Under the pieces are notes generated by a model, which was not told the DNA's origin, ran no database searches, and was given only the letters and a program-made list of their open reading frames with translations. The position numbers and the translations under genes are program-made. Shown here piece by piece: positions 1 through 10,155 of a stretch of DNA of 64,000 nucleotides (the first letter of the stretch is position 1; each line of letters begins with the position of its first letter). This stretch comes from the human T2T-CHM13v2.0 reference genome, Homo sapiens: assembly GCF_009914755.1 (NCBI RefSeq), contig NC_060942.1; one strand, 5' to 3'.

Positions 1-261
1 GCTCGTAGGAGGTGAACTCAAGGTAGTTAACCCGGTCATCTCATGGTAATTAGAAACTCTGCTTGGCAGGTTTAGACTTCCTGATCGAGAACCTAAAGAA
101 GCTGATTGAGGTGTCGCCATTCTTTCACAGGGGTTCTGGCTGAAAAGATTGGGATTGATTCTTTGCCGTGCTTAGTAAAAGTATTTTGACTTAAGGAACG
201 TAGCAGTTGTTAGCATTTATGTATGAAATCCAGGAGTTCCTTTCTTCAGATAAACAGCAGG

Positions 262-550
262 TTTCTTTGAGATGTGCTCCGCTTGTGTCACCCAGGCTGG
301 AGTGCAGTGGAATGAGGAAGGGTCACTGCAGCCTCCGCTTGCCCAGCTCAGGCGATCCTGCCACCTCAGCCCTCTAAGAAGCTGGGACCACAGGGGCCGT
401 GCCACCACGCCGGGCTCATTTTGGTATCTTTTGTGGAGACGGGGTTTCTCCGTTTGGCCCAGCCTGTTCTCCACCTCCTGGGCTGCAGCGATCTGCTTTC
501 CTCGGCCTCCCAGAGGAGGATGGCCGACGATTACAGGATCATGCCCGGCC
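262..550 (-). mobile_element. Degenerate old Alu (AluJ-like) with eroded A-tail, one per unit
   Basis: GTCACCCAGGCTGGAGTGCAGTGG...ATGCCCGGCC; also at ~6136, 12051, 17966, 23881, 29798, 35713 and a diverged homolog at ~40528-40818. Confidence 0.85.
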
Positions 551-982
551 TTTTCCCCGAAAGAAAACACCAACAGCAACAAAACATTTTGCGTAGTCGG
601 AGTTATCAGTGTCAACTGGTGGATTGAGAGTTTGTGTCTAAGAAGTCCTTCCTTATGCACTGGATGATTTCAAAAGAAAGGAGAAAAGACAAAAGGGAAT
701 CTCACATCTTGTACCTGATTTATGATTGCAACTAGGGCGTTATTTAAAAGACGATCAGTGAACCACCAAAGTAGAATTGATCCGAATGCGTTCATAATAT
801 CTTCTGAATTCTGAGGTGTCCTCCAAGCAGGGAGGCAGTGGCTGGGTGTGGGAGGCAAAAATCACAGGGCCAGCACTTGACACCTGCAGGATTCGGAGGC
901 TCAACTTTGCACCAAGCAACCCGCATTGACTTTGCATTGGCCCTCCTCCCCCCGGATTTTATCCGTAAGGCAAGTCCTGAGT

Positions 983-2623
983 TTATCGTCGGGAGAATCT
1001 TCCCTTGTAGTCTCGAATTGCCTTGGCCATCAGCGGGGCCACTTTCTTGGCAGCCTGTTTTCGGGTTTTGTCCGCGGGCGCCGCGTGCCGGTTGCTGCTG
1101 CCGCCGCCGCTCACGCTGCCGCCGTCGCCGTCCCCGAGGCCGGAGGGAGCCTGGCTGCTTCCTGCGGGCTTGGGGGCTGGCTCCATCTCTCCATTTCCGG
1201 GGTCAGCGGCTCCTGCAGACTTCTCTTGCCTCCTGGAAGCATCATAAGGCGTCTTGGCCACAGAGTTGAAACAGATCATCTTTGTCTGTCGGCCGCTGGG
1301 TTTGTTTTCACGTGCGGATCGGATTTTCGTGGTCACTACTCGCAGCCGCTGCTCTCGGGCGTCCCGAAGCCGCAGGTACAGCTCCCGCCAAGACTCGTGC
1401 TCCTGTGGCTTTTCTTCCTTGAAGTCCTGGAGGCAATGAATCCTCCATAATTCATCTGTCCCTCGAGCGAGTGCGGCATTGTCTTTCTCTGTGCGGTACA
1501 GCTGATCGGGCGTCCACCCTTCCAGAACGGGTTCAAGAACCGAGTAGGGGACCCCTTCCACGTCGCCGAGGGCGTCCGGATTGTTCCTAGGCACCCGGAG
1601 GCACTGCTGGCGCAGCGTCGGCACCTGGAGCTGGCAGGCAGGCCTGGAGCCCGAGTACACCGGCATCTTAGCGTTCACTCTGCGTCCAGGGAAAGCAGCT
1701 TCCTCCTGGAGCGCTGGCGCGCAGAGTGCTTCTGGGTTTGCCTGGGAGGTCATGGCCTCAAAAGCGGACAGCAGATCGTAGTTGGCCTGCATCCAGGCCT
1801 CTGAGGGGTCCCAGAGCTCCGAGAAGACATGGCTGGGCACCGTTTTCGGCCCGGCGGAATCAGCGCCGGCCGCCTGCAGCCTCTCTGACTGGCTTTCCTG
1901 GACAGGAGGCGATTTCTGAGCCGAAGCCCCGCGGGACGATTTGTGCCCCTTGCTGTGGCTCCCCACCGCTTCCCCCTGGGGTTGGCCCTGGCAGCCTTGA
2001 CCCAGCAGAGGCCCGCCCTGAGCGGCGTGAGCGTGGCCTCTTCCGGGTTGCTCCCCGGGCACAGCGGGCTCAGGGCCCTCGGGCATCGGGAGGGGAGCGG
2101 TGCGCGTTGGAGGGTCCCGATGGGGGCCGGAATCAGCTGGGGCCATTCTGGGGCGCTTTCTCTCGGCTCTGGGCTCGCGACTGGGAGACCTCGGGTGAGG
2201 TCTCTGTTGCCCCGGAGGTGTTCTGCGTGCTGTCCGTCTGTGCTCAGGGCTGTGAGATGGGCTCCTGGGGGCCGTCGCGTTTTCTGGGAAGCCCCAGGCC
2301 TTTTCCCGCTCCTGAAGAGCCTCCCCGAAGCGCTGTCGGGAAGCGCTCTCCTCAGGGTCCTGCGGGTCAGGCCCGGTGTTTCGGTCCACGAGCACCAGCT
2401 TCTTCCACCGGGCCGCTAAGTCTCTGGCAAAGTCGCCCACGTGCTGGTGCTTCCGCAGGCGCTTCACCGTCTTTCTGATTCCAGTCTCCGCCAGGATGTC
2501 TGCGGTCATGGGCAAGGCGGAGAGTTTCTGCAAATATTTCTCTAGCTTTTTCGGCTCCGTCTTAGTGGCCAGACGCACCTGCAGCTTCCCCACTGCGCGC
2601 AGCGTAGTGGACCCTGCCGCCAT
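983..2623 (-). CDS. ELOA3: Elongin A3 (TCEB3C family), 546 aa, intronless; copy 1, carries E388G
   Basis: First ATG (CAT at 2621-2623) gives MAAGSTTLRAVGKLQVRL...; TFIIS-N-like N-terminus (ETGIRKTVKRLRKH...ARWKKLV), BC-box TLRQQCLRVP, Elongin A domain (ELWRIHCLQDF, SWRELYLRL), C-terminal KVAPLMAKAIRDYK. The ORF track starts 23 codons upstream at a GTG. Confidence 0.95.
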   Translation of the reverse strand: MAAGSTTLRAVGKLQVRLATKTEPKKLEKYLQKLSALPMTADILAETGIRKTVKRLRKHQHVGDFARDLAARWKKLVLVDRNTGPDPQDPEESASRQRFGEALQEREKAWGFPENATAPRSPSHSPEHRRTARRTPPGQQRPHPRSPSREPRAERKRPRMAPADSGPHRDPPTRTAPLPMPEGPEPAVPGEQPGRGHAHAAQGGPLLGQGCQGQPQGEAVGSHSKGHKSSRGASAQKSPPVQESQSERLQAAGADSAGPKTVPSHVFSELWDPSEAWMQANYDLLSAFEAMTSQANPEALCAPALQEEAAFPGRRVNAKMPVYSGSRPACQLQVPTLRQQCLRVPRNNPDALGDVEGVPYSVLEPVLEGWTPDQLYRTEKDNAALARGTDELWRIHCLQDFKEEKPQEHESWRELYLRLRDAREQRLRVVTTKIRSARENKPSGRQTKMICFNSVAKTPYDASRRQEKSAGAADPGNGEMEPAPKPAGSSQAPSGLGDGDGGSVSGGGSSNRHAAPADKTRKQAAKKVAPLMAKAIRDYKGRFSRR

Positions 2624-3085
2624 CTCGCCAGAGCTGTGCAGGCGTCGCTGTCCTCGCGGTCGCGGCTCTGTCCGAGCTCGGGGCGGCGGCACAGGCAGTC
2701 TGGGGTGGCCGGTCCTCGCTGCCCGGTCGCCAGGCGGCGACCTCGGGATGTGGAGTCACAGCCTGGAGCGAGCTGGGTCCTCGGAGCAGCGGGCCACTTG
2801 GTCTGGAACGCCGGTCCTTGCAGACAGCTGAGCAGGCCCGCTTCTGTTCCTCGGGATGTGCGGCCGCAGCCTGGAGTGTGACCTGTGCGGTGCGCCGTCC
2901 AAGGCGGAGTGAAGCTCCGCTGCCAGAGCCCGGCCTTATATAGCCAGCCCCGGGCCCACCCAGGGCTCAAGCCCTGACCCCCCTGGGCCCCTGGGCTGCC
3001 CCGCCCCGATAGGAATTCATTCCGTCAGCCCAACGCAGCCAATCGGGGCGGTCCACGCCAGGTGGACTGCTGTGCCCCGCGGGGT
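1050..3085. promoter_or_regulatory. CpG island over the ELOA3 gene body and promoter (every unit)
   Basis: Very high GC and dense CpG by inspection; boundaries approximate. Confidence 0.75.
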
Positions 3086-3095
3086 CATTAGGTTA
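2936..3095 (-). promoter_or_regulatory. Putative ELOA3 core promoter: TATA, GC boxes, CCAAT box, near-DUX4 motif (every unit)
   Basis: TATATAA on minus (2936-2942), CCCCGCCCC at 2999-3007, CAGCCAATCGGGGCGG at 3036-3051, TAACCTAATGA on minus (3085-3095); order and spacing fit a Pol II promoter ~310 bp upstream of the ATG. Confidence 0.65.
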
Positions 3096-3288
3096 ATTGC
3101 AGCCTGGACACACCCCACTGAGTTCTACCGTTGGCCCTCCATGTACCCAGCTTCCACATCTGTGGATTCCAAAAGACACAGAGAGAATCTTCTTGGGAGT
3201 AAAAGCGAAAATAACAACACCGCAAGACAGAATCGTAGGAAGAAGAACCAACAGAGGATGACAACTCTTTACCTGGCATTGACGTTGT

Positions 3289-4157
3289 GTGAGGGGACTT
3301 GGAAACATTGGTAGAAAAGTGGGATTAAGGGAGAAAGAGGAAAAAGGCGTATTTTACTCCTCAACCTCGGCTCCATCAGCATCAAGACCCTTCTGGAAGC
3401 AGTGTCTTTTCCCCGCCGTCTAGCCCATCCCTTAAAGCCCCCAGGGTCCTGGGAATTTAACTATTTCCATGCAATCTTTTTTCCATTGTTAACTGAAGAA
3501 AACTGGGTGCCCCTTACAGGTTTTCCAAGACAAGGAAACAAAGAGAAGTCAGCAGGCGCCAAATCAGGATTGTCAGGTGGACGCCTCACGGTTTCCCATG
3601 GCAAGTCTTGCCCAGCTGCCCTTGTTCGAAGAAAGGCATGATCAGGAACACTGTCGTGGTGGAGAAGAAGTCTCTGGTGGGGACCTTCTTCGCTCCAGCT
3701 TTGGCTAACTTTCTGAAAACGCTCTGCTAGCGAGCAGATGTGATCAGGGTTTGGCCCTGCAGAAAGTCAACCAGCAGAATCCCTCTAGCATCTCCCCCCC
3801 CCCCCCCCGCCCCCAACGGTGGCCATGACCTCTGCTCTTGACTGCTCCTCTGCAGCTTCGACTGGAGCACTGCCACCTCTTGGTAGCCATGGCTTCGTGC
3901 TTGGTCTTCAGGATCCTGCCGGTAGAGCCAGGTTTCATCTCCTGTGACCAATCTTGGAAGAAATGCTTCAGGATCTTGCTCCCACCGGTTGTTTAAAATC
4001 TCCTCGGAAAGGCTTGCTCTGGCCTGCAGCTGATATTGGTGCCACGGTTTGGGCAGCCGAGTTCCACTCTCACCTTTCAGTCCAAATGAGGAAAACAGAA
4101 CCATTTGAAGTGTCTATGGTGTCGGCTATTGTTTCTGCTGTCGGCGGCGATTTCGCG
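3289..4157 (-). mobile_element. HSMAR2 mariner DNA transposon fossil, 5'-truncated and frameshifted (unit 1)
   Basis: Minus-strand translation EILNNRWEQDPEAFLPRLVTGDETWLYRQDPED and DARGILLVDFLQG match mariner/Hsmar2 transposase; C-terminal remnant QKGLDADGAEVEE* near 3355-3395; TIR-like GAGGGGACTTGGAAAC at ~3291. Confidence 0.85.
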
Positions 4158-4180
4158 TAATGTTTACATTCTCACATGAC

Positions 4181-4197
4181 TTTCTCTCTCTCTCTCT

Positions 4198-4240
<43 letters not shown>
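4181..4240. repeat. (TC)n-(TG)19 microsatellite; (TG)22 in units 2,3,4,6 and (TG)23 in unit 5
   Basis: Read directly; lengths agree with the unit period differences. Confidence 0.95.
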
Positions 4241-5052
4241 TCCTCTGCAGAAAGATAATCGTTATAGCCTGAGAATCGGGGAATGGGGATTCGGGTGTTA
4301 AGCCTTTTCTGAGAATTACCCTCCGTGTTGTGCAGAGAAATAAGTAAATTTGCTGTGTTTCCAGACTTCCAGCTGCCTCACGAAGAGGATCGTAGTGCAA
4401 TACTGGCGATGCCTCCAGAGCTCCCTGAATGAGGTTTATCTTGTAAATAGGTGGGAAGAGAATTGAGCTGTCCTGGGTCAGTGTAGTAATGTTACAGCAG
4501 GATCCTTAGGTTGATGCTGAATTCTATCTGGGGTAGATTTATATTTTGTGCGGGGGTTGTTTCCTTTCTGTGTTTTCGAGCGGGATTGTCGCTGTGGGAG
4601 CAGGGATCTGCTAAGGTTTGTCTCGTTCTCCAGTAATGAATGAGTTTAATGGGTGCAGCCGCTGTTTTCAGTAGCATGCCAGTGGGGGCATCGATGAGCT
4701 ATGAGGGGCTAGAGCTTGCTCGGATTGTTTCCTTGTGTTTGTGTTTTGAGATGCGTTTGCTTGTGTCATGTTTGTTTTCCATTTTGGCAGGGGAAAGGTT
4801 TTCCAGGAAGAAAGGTTGTTGCCAGTGGATTTGGTTCCGAGGGGCTGGGGTTTCTGGCTGGGAGTGGGGAGGGGCTGCACGGTGATCGGTGGCTACTCCA
4901 CCTCCAGAAAGAGCGTGTGGCTTCTCTGCCTCGGGGAGGATATTCTGCTCTCTTGTGAGTTTTGCAAGCCACCCGAGATTCTCTCTTGAATTGCTGTCAA
5001 GAAATAGAGACCGGCGTTGTCTCTGGCCCTCGCTGGGGAAGCTTTTCTGAGG

Positions 5053-5351
<299 letters not shown>

Positions 5352-5684
5352 CATGTCTGAGTTTCACAGGGTCGCTGATTGGATTATGTCCCCTTCCCCG
5401 GCACGAATGCTTTTCTGTCTTCCTTAAGGGTAGTATCTCTGTGGCACCCTGTTCTGGCTCCTTACGTGTTCTTCAGGCTTGAAGGCCTCTTTTCACGTGC
5501 ACCGGCATCCACTCAGGTGCCTGCTTCCAGAAGCTTCCCAGCACCCACTCTGCTGACAGCCAAGGGCACAGGACTTTGATCTCTTCTGCTGCCCTTGCTG
5601 GGTTTTGCCTTGCGGCTTAGGTCTTTCTATTTCTCTCTCTATCCCTCACTGTCGGTAACGCCTAAGAACCAAGTTTACTTAATG

Positions 5685-5782
5685 GTGTGTGTGTGTGTGT
5701 GCGCGCGCGCGTCCGTGTGCGTGCTCATGTGTGCGTGTGCGTGTGTGTGTGCGTGTCTTTCTTTGTGTGTATGTGTGTGTGT
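5685..5782. repeat. Alternating purine-pyrimidine (TG)n(CG)n tract, units 1-6
   Basis: GTGTGTGTGTGTGTGTGCGCGCGCGCGTCCGTGTGCGTG... Confidence 0.9.
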
Positions 5783-6892
5783 CGTATCTGGCACACGGAC
5801 CTGTGATTACCAGCCCGCGTGAAGCCAACAAATGCCCTGAGTTAGAATGCAAACTTTCACCAAAGCTTGCAGGAGCTCGTAGGAGGTGAACTCAAGGTAG
5901 TTAACCCGGTCATCTCATGGTAATTAGAAACTCTGCTTGGCAGGTTTAGACTTCCTGATCGAGAACCTAAAGAAGCTGATTGAGGTGTCGCCATTCTTTC
6001 ACAGGGGTTCTGGCTGAAAAGATTGGGATTGATTCTTTGCCGTGCTTAGTAAAAGTATTTTGACTTAAGGAACGTAGCAGTTGTTAGCATTTATGTATGA
6101 AATCCAGGAGTTCCTTTCTTCAGATAAACAGCAGGTTTCTTTGAGATGTGCTCCGCTTGTGTCACCCAGGCTGGAGTGCAGTGGAATGAGGAAGGGTCAC
6201 TGCAGCCTCCGCTTGCCCAGCTCAGGCGATCCTGCCACCTCAGCCCTCTAAGAAGCTGGGACCACAGGGGCCGTGCCACCACGCCGGGCTCATTTTGGTA
6301 TCTTTTGTGGAGACGGGGTTTCTCCGTTTGGCCCAGCCTGTTCTCCACCTCCTGGGCTGCAGCGATCTGCTTTCCTCGGCCTCCCAGAGGAGGATGGCCG
6401 ACGATTACAGGATCATGCCCGGCCTTTTCCCCGAAAGAAAACACCAACAGCAACAAAACATTTTGCGTAGTCGGAGTTATCAGTGTCAACTGGTGGATTG
6501 AGAGTTTGTGTCTAAGAAGTCCTTCCTTATGCACTGGATGATTTCAAAAGAAAGGAGAAAAGACAAAAGGGAATCTCACATCTTGTACCTGATTTATGAT
6601 TGCAACTAGGGCGTTATTTAAAAGACGATCAGTGAACCACCAAAGTAGAATTGATCCGAATGCGTTCATAATATCTTCTGAATTCTGAGGTGTCCTCCAA
6701 GCAGGGAGGCAGTGGCTGGGTGTGGGAGGCAAAAATCACAGGGCCAGCACTTGACACCTGCAGGATTCGGAGGCTCAACTTTGCACCAAGCCAAGGGTTC
6801 TGGTGTCCGTCGCAAGTTTCGTTCCCCAACCCGCATTGACTTTGCATTGGCCCTCCTCCCCCCGGATTTTATCCGTAAGGCAAGTCCTGAGT

Positions 6893-8533
6893 TTATCGTC
6901 GGGAGAATCTTCCCTTGTAGTCTCGAATTGCCTTGGCCATCAGCGGGGCCACTTTCTTGGCAGCCTGTTTTCGGGTTTTGTCCGCGGGCGCCGCGTGCCG
7001 GTTGCTGCTGCCGCCGCCGCTCACGCTGCCGCCGTCGCCGTCCCCGAGGCCGGAGGGAGCCTGGCTGCTTCCTGCGGGCTTGGGGGCTGGCTCCATCTCT
7101 CCATTTCCGGGGTCAGCGGCTCCTGCAGACTTCTCTTGCCTCCTGGAAGCATCATAAGGCGTCTTGGCCACAGAGTTGAAACAGATCATCTTTGTCTGTC
7201 GGCCGCTGGGTTTGTTTTCACGTGCGGATCGGATTTTCGTGGTCACTACTCGCAGCCGCTGCTCTCGGGCGTCCCGAAGCCGCAGGTACAGCTCCCGCCA
7301 AGACTCGTGCTCCTGTGGCTTTTCTTCCTTGAAGTCCTGGAGGCAATGAATCCTCCATAATTCATCTGTCTCTCGAGCGAGTGCGGCATTGTCTTTCTCT
7401 GTGCGGTACAGCTGATCGGGCGTCCACCCTTCCAGAACGGGTTCAAGAACCGAGTAGGGGACCCCTTCCACGTCGCCGAGGGCGTCCGGATTGTTCCTAG
7501 GCACCCGGAGGCACTGCTGGCGCAGCGTCGGCACCTGGAGCTGGCAGGCAGGCCTGGAGCCCGAGTACACCGGCATCTTAGCGTTCACTCTGCGTCCAGG
7601 GAAAGCAGCTTCCTCCTGGAGCGCTGGCGCGCAGAGTGCTTCTGGGTTTGCCTGGGAGGTCATGGCCTCAAAAGCGGACAGCAGATCGTAGTTGGCCTGC
7701 ATCCAGGCCTCTGAGGGGTCCCAGAGCTCCGAGAAGACATGGCTGGGCACCGTTTTCGGCCCGGCGGAATCAGCGCCGGCCGCCTGCAGCCTCTCTGACT
7801 GGCTTTCCTGGACAGGAGGCGATTTCTGAGCCGAAGCCCCGCGGGACGATTTGTGCCCCTTGCTGTGGCTCCCCACCGCTTCCCCCTGGGGTTGGCCCTG
7901 GCAGCCTTGACCCAGCAGAGGCCCGCCCTGAGCGGCGTGAGCGTGGCCTCTTCCGGGTTGCTCCCCGGGCACAGCGGGCTCAGGGCCCTCGGGCATCGGG
8001 AGGGGAGCGGTGCGCGTTGGAGGGTCCCGATGGGGGCCGGAATCAGCTGGGGCCATTCTGGGGCGCTTTCTCTCGGCTCTGGGCTCGCGACTGGGAGACC
8101 TCGGGTGAGGTCTCTGTTGCCCCGGAGGTGTTCTGCGTGCTGTCCGTCTGTGCTCAGGGCTGTGAGATGGGCTCCTGGGGGCCGTCGCGTTTTCTGGGAA
8201 GCCCCAGGCCTTTTCCCGCTCCTGAAGAGCCTCCCCGAAGCGCTGTCGGGAAGCGCTCTCCTCAGGGTCCTGCGGGTCAGGCCCGGTGTTTCGGTCCACG
8301 AGCACCAGCTTCTTCCACCGGGCCGCTAAGTCTCTGGCAAAGTCGCCCACGTGCTGGTGCTTCCGCAGGCGCTTCACCGTCTTTCTGATTCCAGTCTCCG
8401 CCAGGATGTCTGCGGTCATGGGCAAGGCGGAGAGTTTCTGCAAATATTTCTCTAGCTTTTTCGGCTCCGTCTTAGTGGCCAGACGCACCTGCAGCTTCCC
8501 CACTGCGCGCAGCGTAGTGGACCCTGCCGCCAT
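6893..8533 (-). CDS. ELOA3: Elongin A3, 546 aa, copy 2
   Basis: Intact ORF from the ATG of MAAGSTT; consensus array protein. Confidence 0.95.
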   Translation of the reverse strand: MAAGSTTLRAVGKLQVRLATKTEPKKLEKYLQKLSALPMTADILAETGIRKTVKRLRKHQHVGDFARDLAARWKKLVLVDRNTGPDPQDPEESASRQRFGEALQEREKAWGFPENATAPRSPSHSPEHRRTARRTPPGQQRPHPRSPSREPRAERKRPRMAPADSGPHRDPPTRTAPLPMPEGPEPAVPGEQPGRGHAHAAQGGPLLGQGCQGQPQGEAVGSHSKGHKSSRGASAQKSPPVQESQSERLQAAGADSAGPKTVPSHVFSELWDPSEAWMQANYDLLSAFEAMTSQANPEALCAPALQEEAAFPGRRVNAKMPVYSGSRPACQLQVPTLRQQCLRVPRNNPDALGDVEGVPYSVLEPVLEGWTPDQLYRTEKDNAALARETDELWRIHCLQDFKEEKPQEHESWRELYLRLRDAREQRLRVVTTKIRSARENKPSGRQTKMICFNSVAKTPYDASRRQEKSAGAADPGNGEMEPAPKPAGSSQAPSGLGDGDGGSVSGGGSSNRHAAPADKTRKQAAKKVAPLMAKAIRDYKGRFSRR

Positions 8534-9198
8534 CTCGCCAGAGCTGTGCAGGCGTCGCTGTCCTCGCGGTCGCGGCTCTGTCCGAGCTCGGGGCGGCGGC
8601 ACAGGCAGTCTGGGGTGGCCGGTCCTCGCTGCCCGGTCGCCAGGCGGCGACCTCGGGATGTGGAGTCACAGCCTGGAGCGAGCTGGGTCCTCGGAGCAGC
8701 GGGCCACTTGGTCTGGAACGCCGGTCCTTGCAGACAGCTGAGCAGGCCCGCTTCTGTTCCTCGGGATGTGCGGCCGCAGCCTGGAGTGTGACCTGTGCGG
8801 TGCGCCGTCCAAGGCGGAGTGAAGCTCCGCTGCCAGAGCCCGGCCTTATATAGCCAGCCCCGGGCCCACCCAGGGCTCAAGCCCTGACCCCCCTGGGCCC
8901 CTGGGCTGCCCCGCCCCGATAGGAATTCATTCCGTCAGCCCAACGCAGCCAATCGGGGCGGTCCACGCCAGGTGGACTGCTGTGCCCCGCGGGGTCATTA
9001 GGTTAATTGCAGCCTGGACACACCCCACTGAGTTCTACCGTTGGCCCTCCATGTACCCAGCTTCCACATCTGTGGATTCCAAAAGACACAGAGAGAATCT
9101 TCTTGGGAGTAAAAGCGAAAATAACAACACCGCAAGACAGAATCGTAGGAAGAAGAACCAACAGAGGATGACAACTCTTTACCTGGCATTGACGTTGT

Positions 9199-10066
9199 GT
9201 GAGGGGACTTGGAAACATTGGTAGAAAAGTGGGATTAAGGGAGAAAGAGGAAAAAGGCGTATTTTACTCCTCAACCTCGGCTCCATCAGCATCAAGACCC
9301 TTCTGGAAGCAGTGTCTTTTCCCCGCCGTCTAGCCCATCCCTTAAAGCCCCCAGGGTCCTGGGAATTTAACTATTTCCATGCAATCTTTTTTCCATTGTT
9401 AACTGAAGAAAACTGGGTGCCCCTTACAGGTTTTCCAAGACAAGGAAACAAAGAGAAGTCAGCAGGCGCCAAATCAGGATTGTCAGGTGGACGCCTCACG
9501 GTTTCCCATGGCAAGTCTTGCCCAGCTGCCCTTGTTCGAAGAAAGGCATGATCAGGAACACTGTCGTGGTGGAGAAGAAGTCTCTGGTGGGGACCTTCTT
9601 CGCTCCAGCTTTGGCTAACTTTCTGAAAACGCTCTGCTAGCGAGCAGATGTGATCAGGGTTTGGCCCTGCAGAAAGTCAACCAGCAGAATCCCTCTAGCA
9701 TCTCCCCCCCGCACCCCGCCCCCAACGGTGGCCATGACCTCTGCTCTTGACTGCTCCTCTGCAGCTTCGACTGGAGCACTGCCACCTCTTGGTAGCCATG
9801 GCTTCGTGCTTGGTCTTCAGGATCCTGCCGGTAGAGCCAGGTTTCATCTCCTGTGACCAATCTTGGAAGAAATGCTTCAGGATCTTGCTCCCACCGGTTG
9901 TTTAAAATCTCCTCGGAAAGGCTTGCTCTGGCCTGCAGCTGATATTGGTGCCACGGTTTGGGCAGCCGAGTTCCACTCTCACCTTTCAGTCCAAATGAGG
10001 AAAACAGAACCATTTGAAGTGTCTATGGTGTCGGCTATTGTTTCTGCTGTCGGCGGCGATTTCGCG
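9199..10066 (-). mobile_element. HSMAR2 fossil (unit 2)
   Basis: Repeat of unit-1 element, VTGDETW motif. Confidence 0.85.
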
Positions 10067-10106
10067 TAATGTTTACATTCTCACATGACTTTCTCTCTCT
10101 CTCTCT

Positions 10107-10155
<49 letters not shown>

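Noticed and set aside
217-667. 147-aa and 131-aa ORFs
   Set aside because: They lie over a degenerate Alu; Alu-derived spurious frames.
2624-2692. 569-aa ELOA3 starting at MPPPR
   Set aside because: That start is GTG; the first ATG in good context (GAGATGG) gives 546 aa and aligns with ELOA2.
2723-2741. CTCF-like motif GGTCGCCAGGCGGCGAC and palindrome GTCCAC-N5-GTGGAC at 3051
   Set aside because: Several mismatches to consensus in a GC-rich context; cannot be supported without PWM scoring or ChIP data.
838-2970. Many overlapping or antisense ORFs up to 250 aa across ELOA3 (repeated in each unit)
   Set aside because: Shadow ORFs of a very GC-rich CDS, mostly non-ATG starts with no recognisable domains; recurrence only reflects the DNA repeat.
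3727-4104. 119-126 aa mariner-like ORF as an active or domesticated transposase
   Set aside because: Only a fragment around the first catalytic Asp; frameshifted, 5' end and one TIR missing, and the frame changes with poly-C length.
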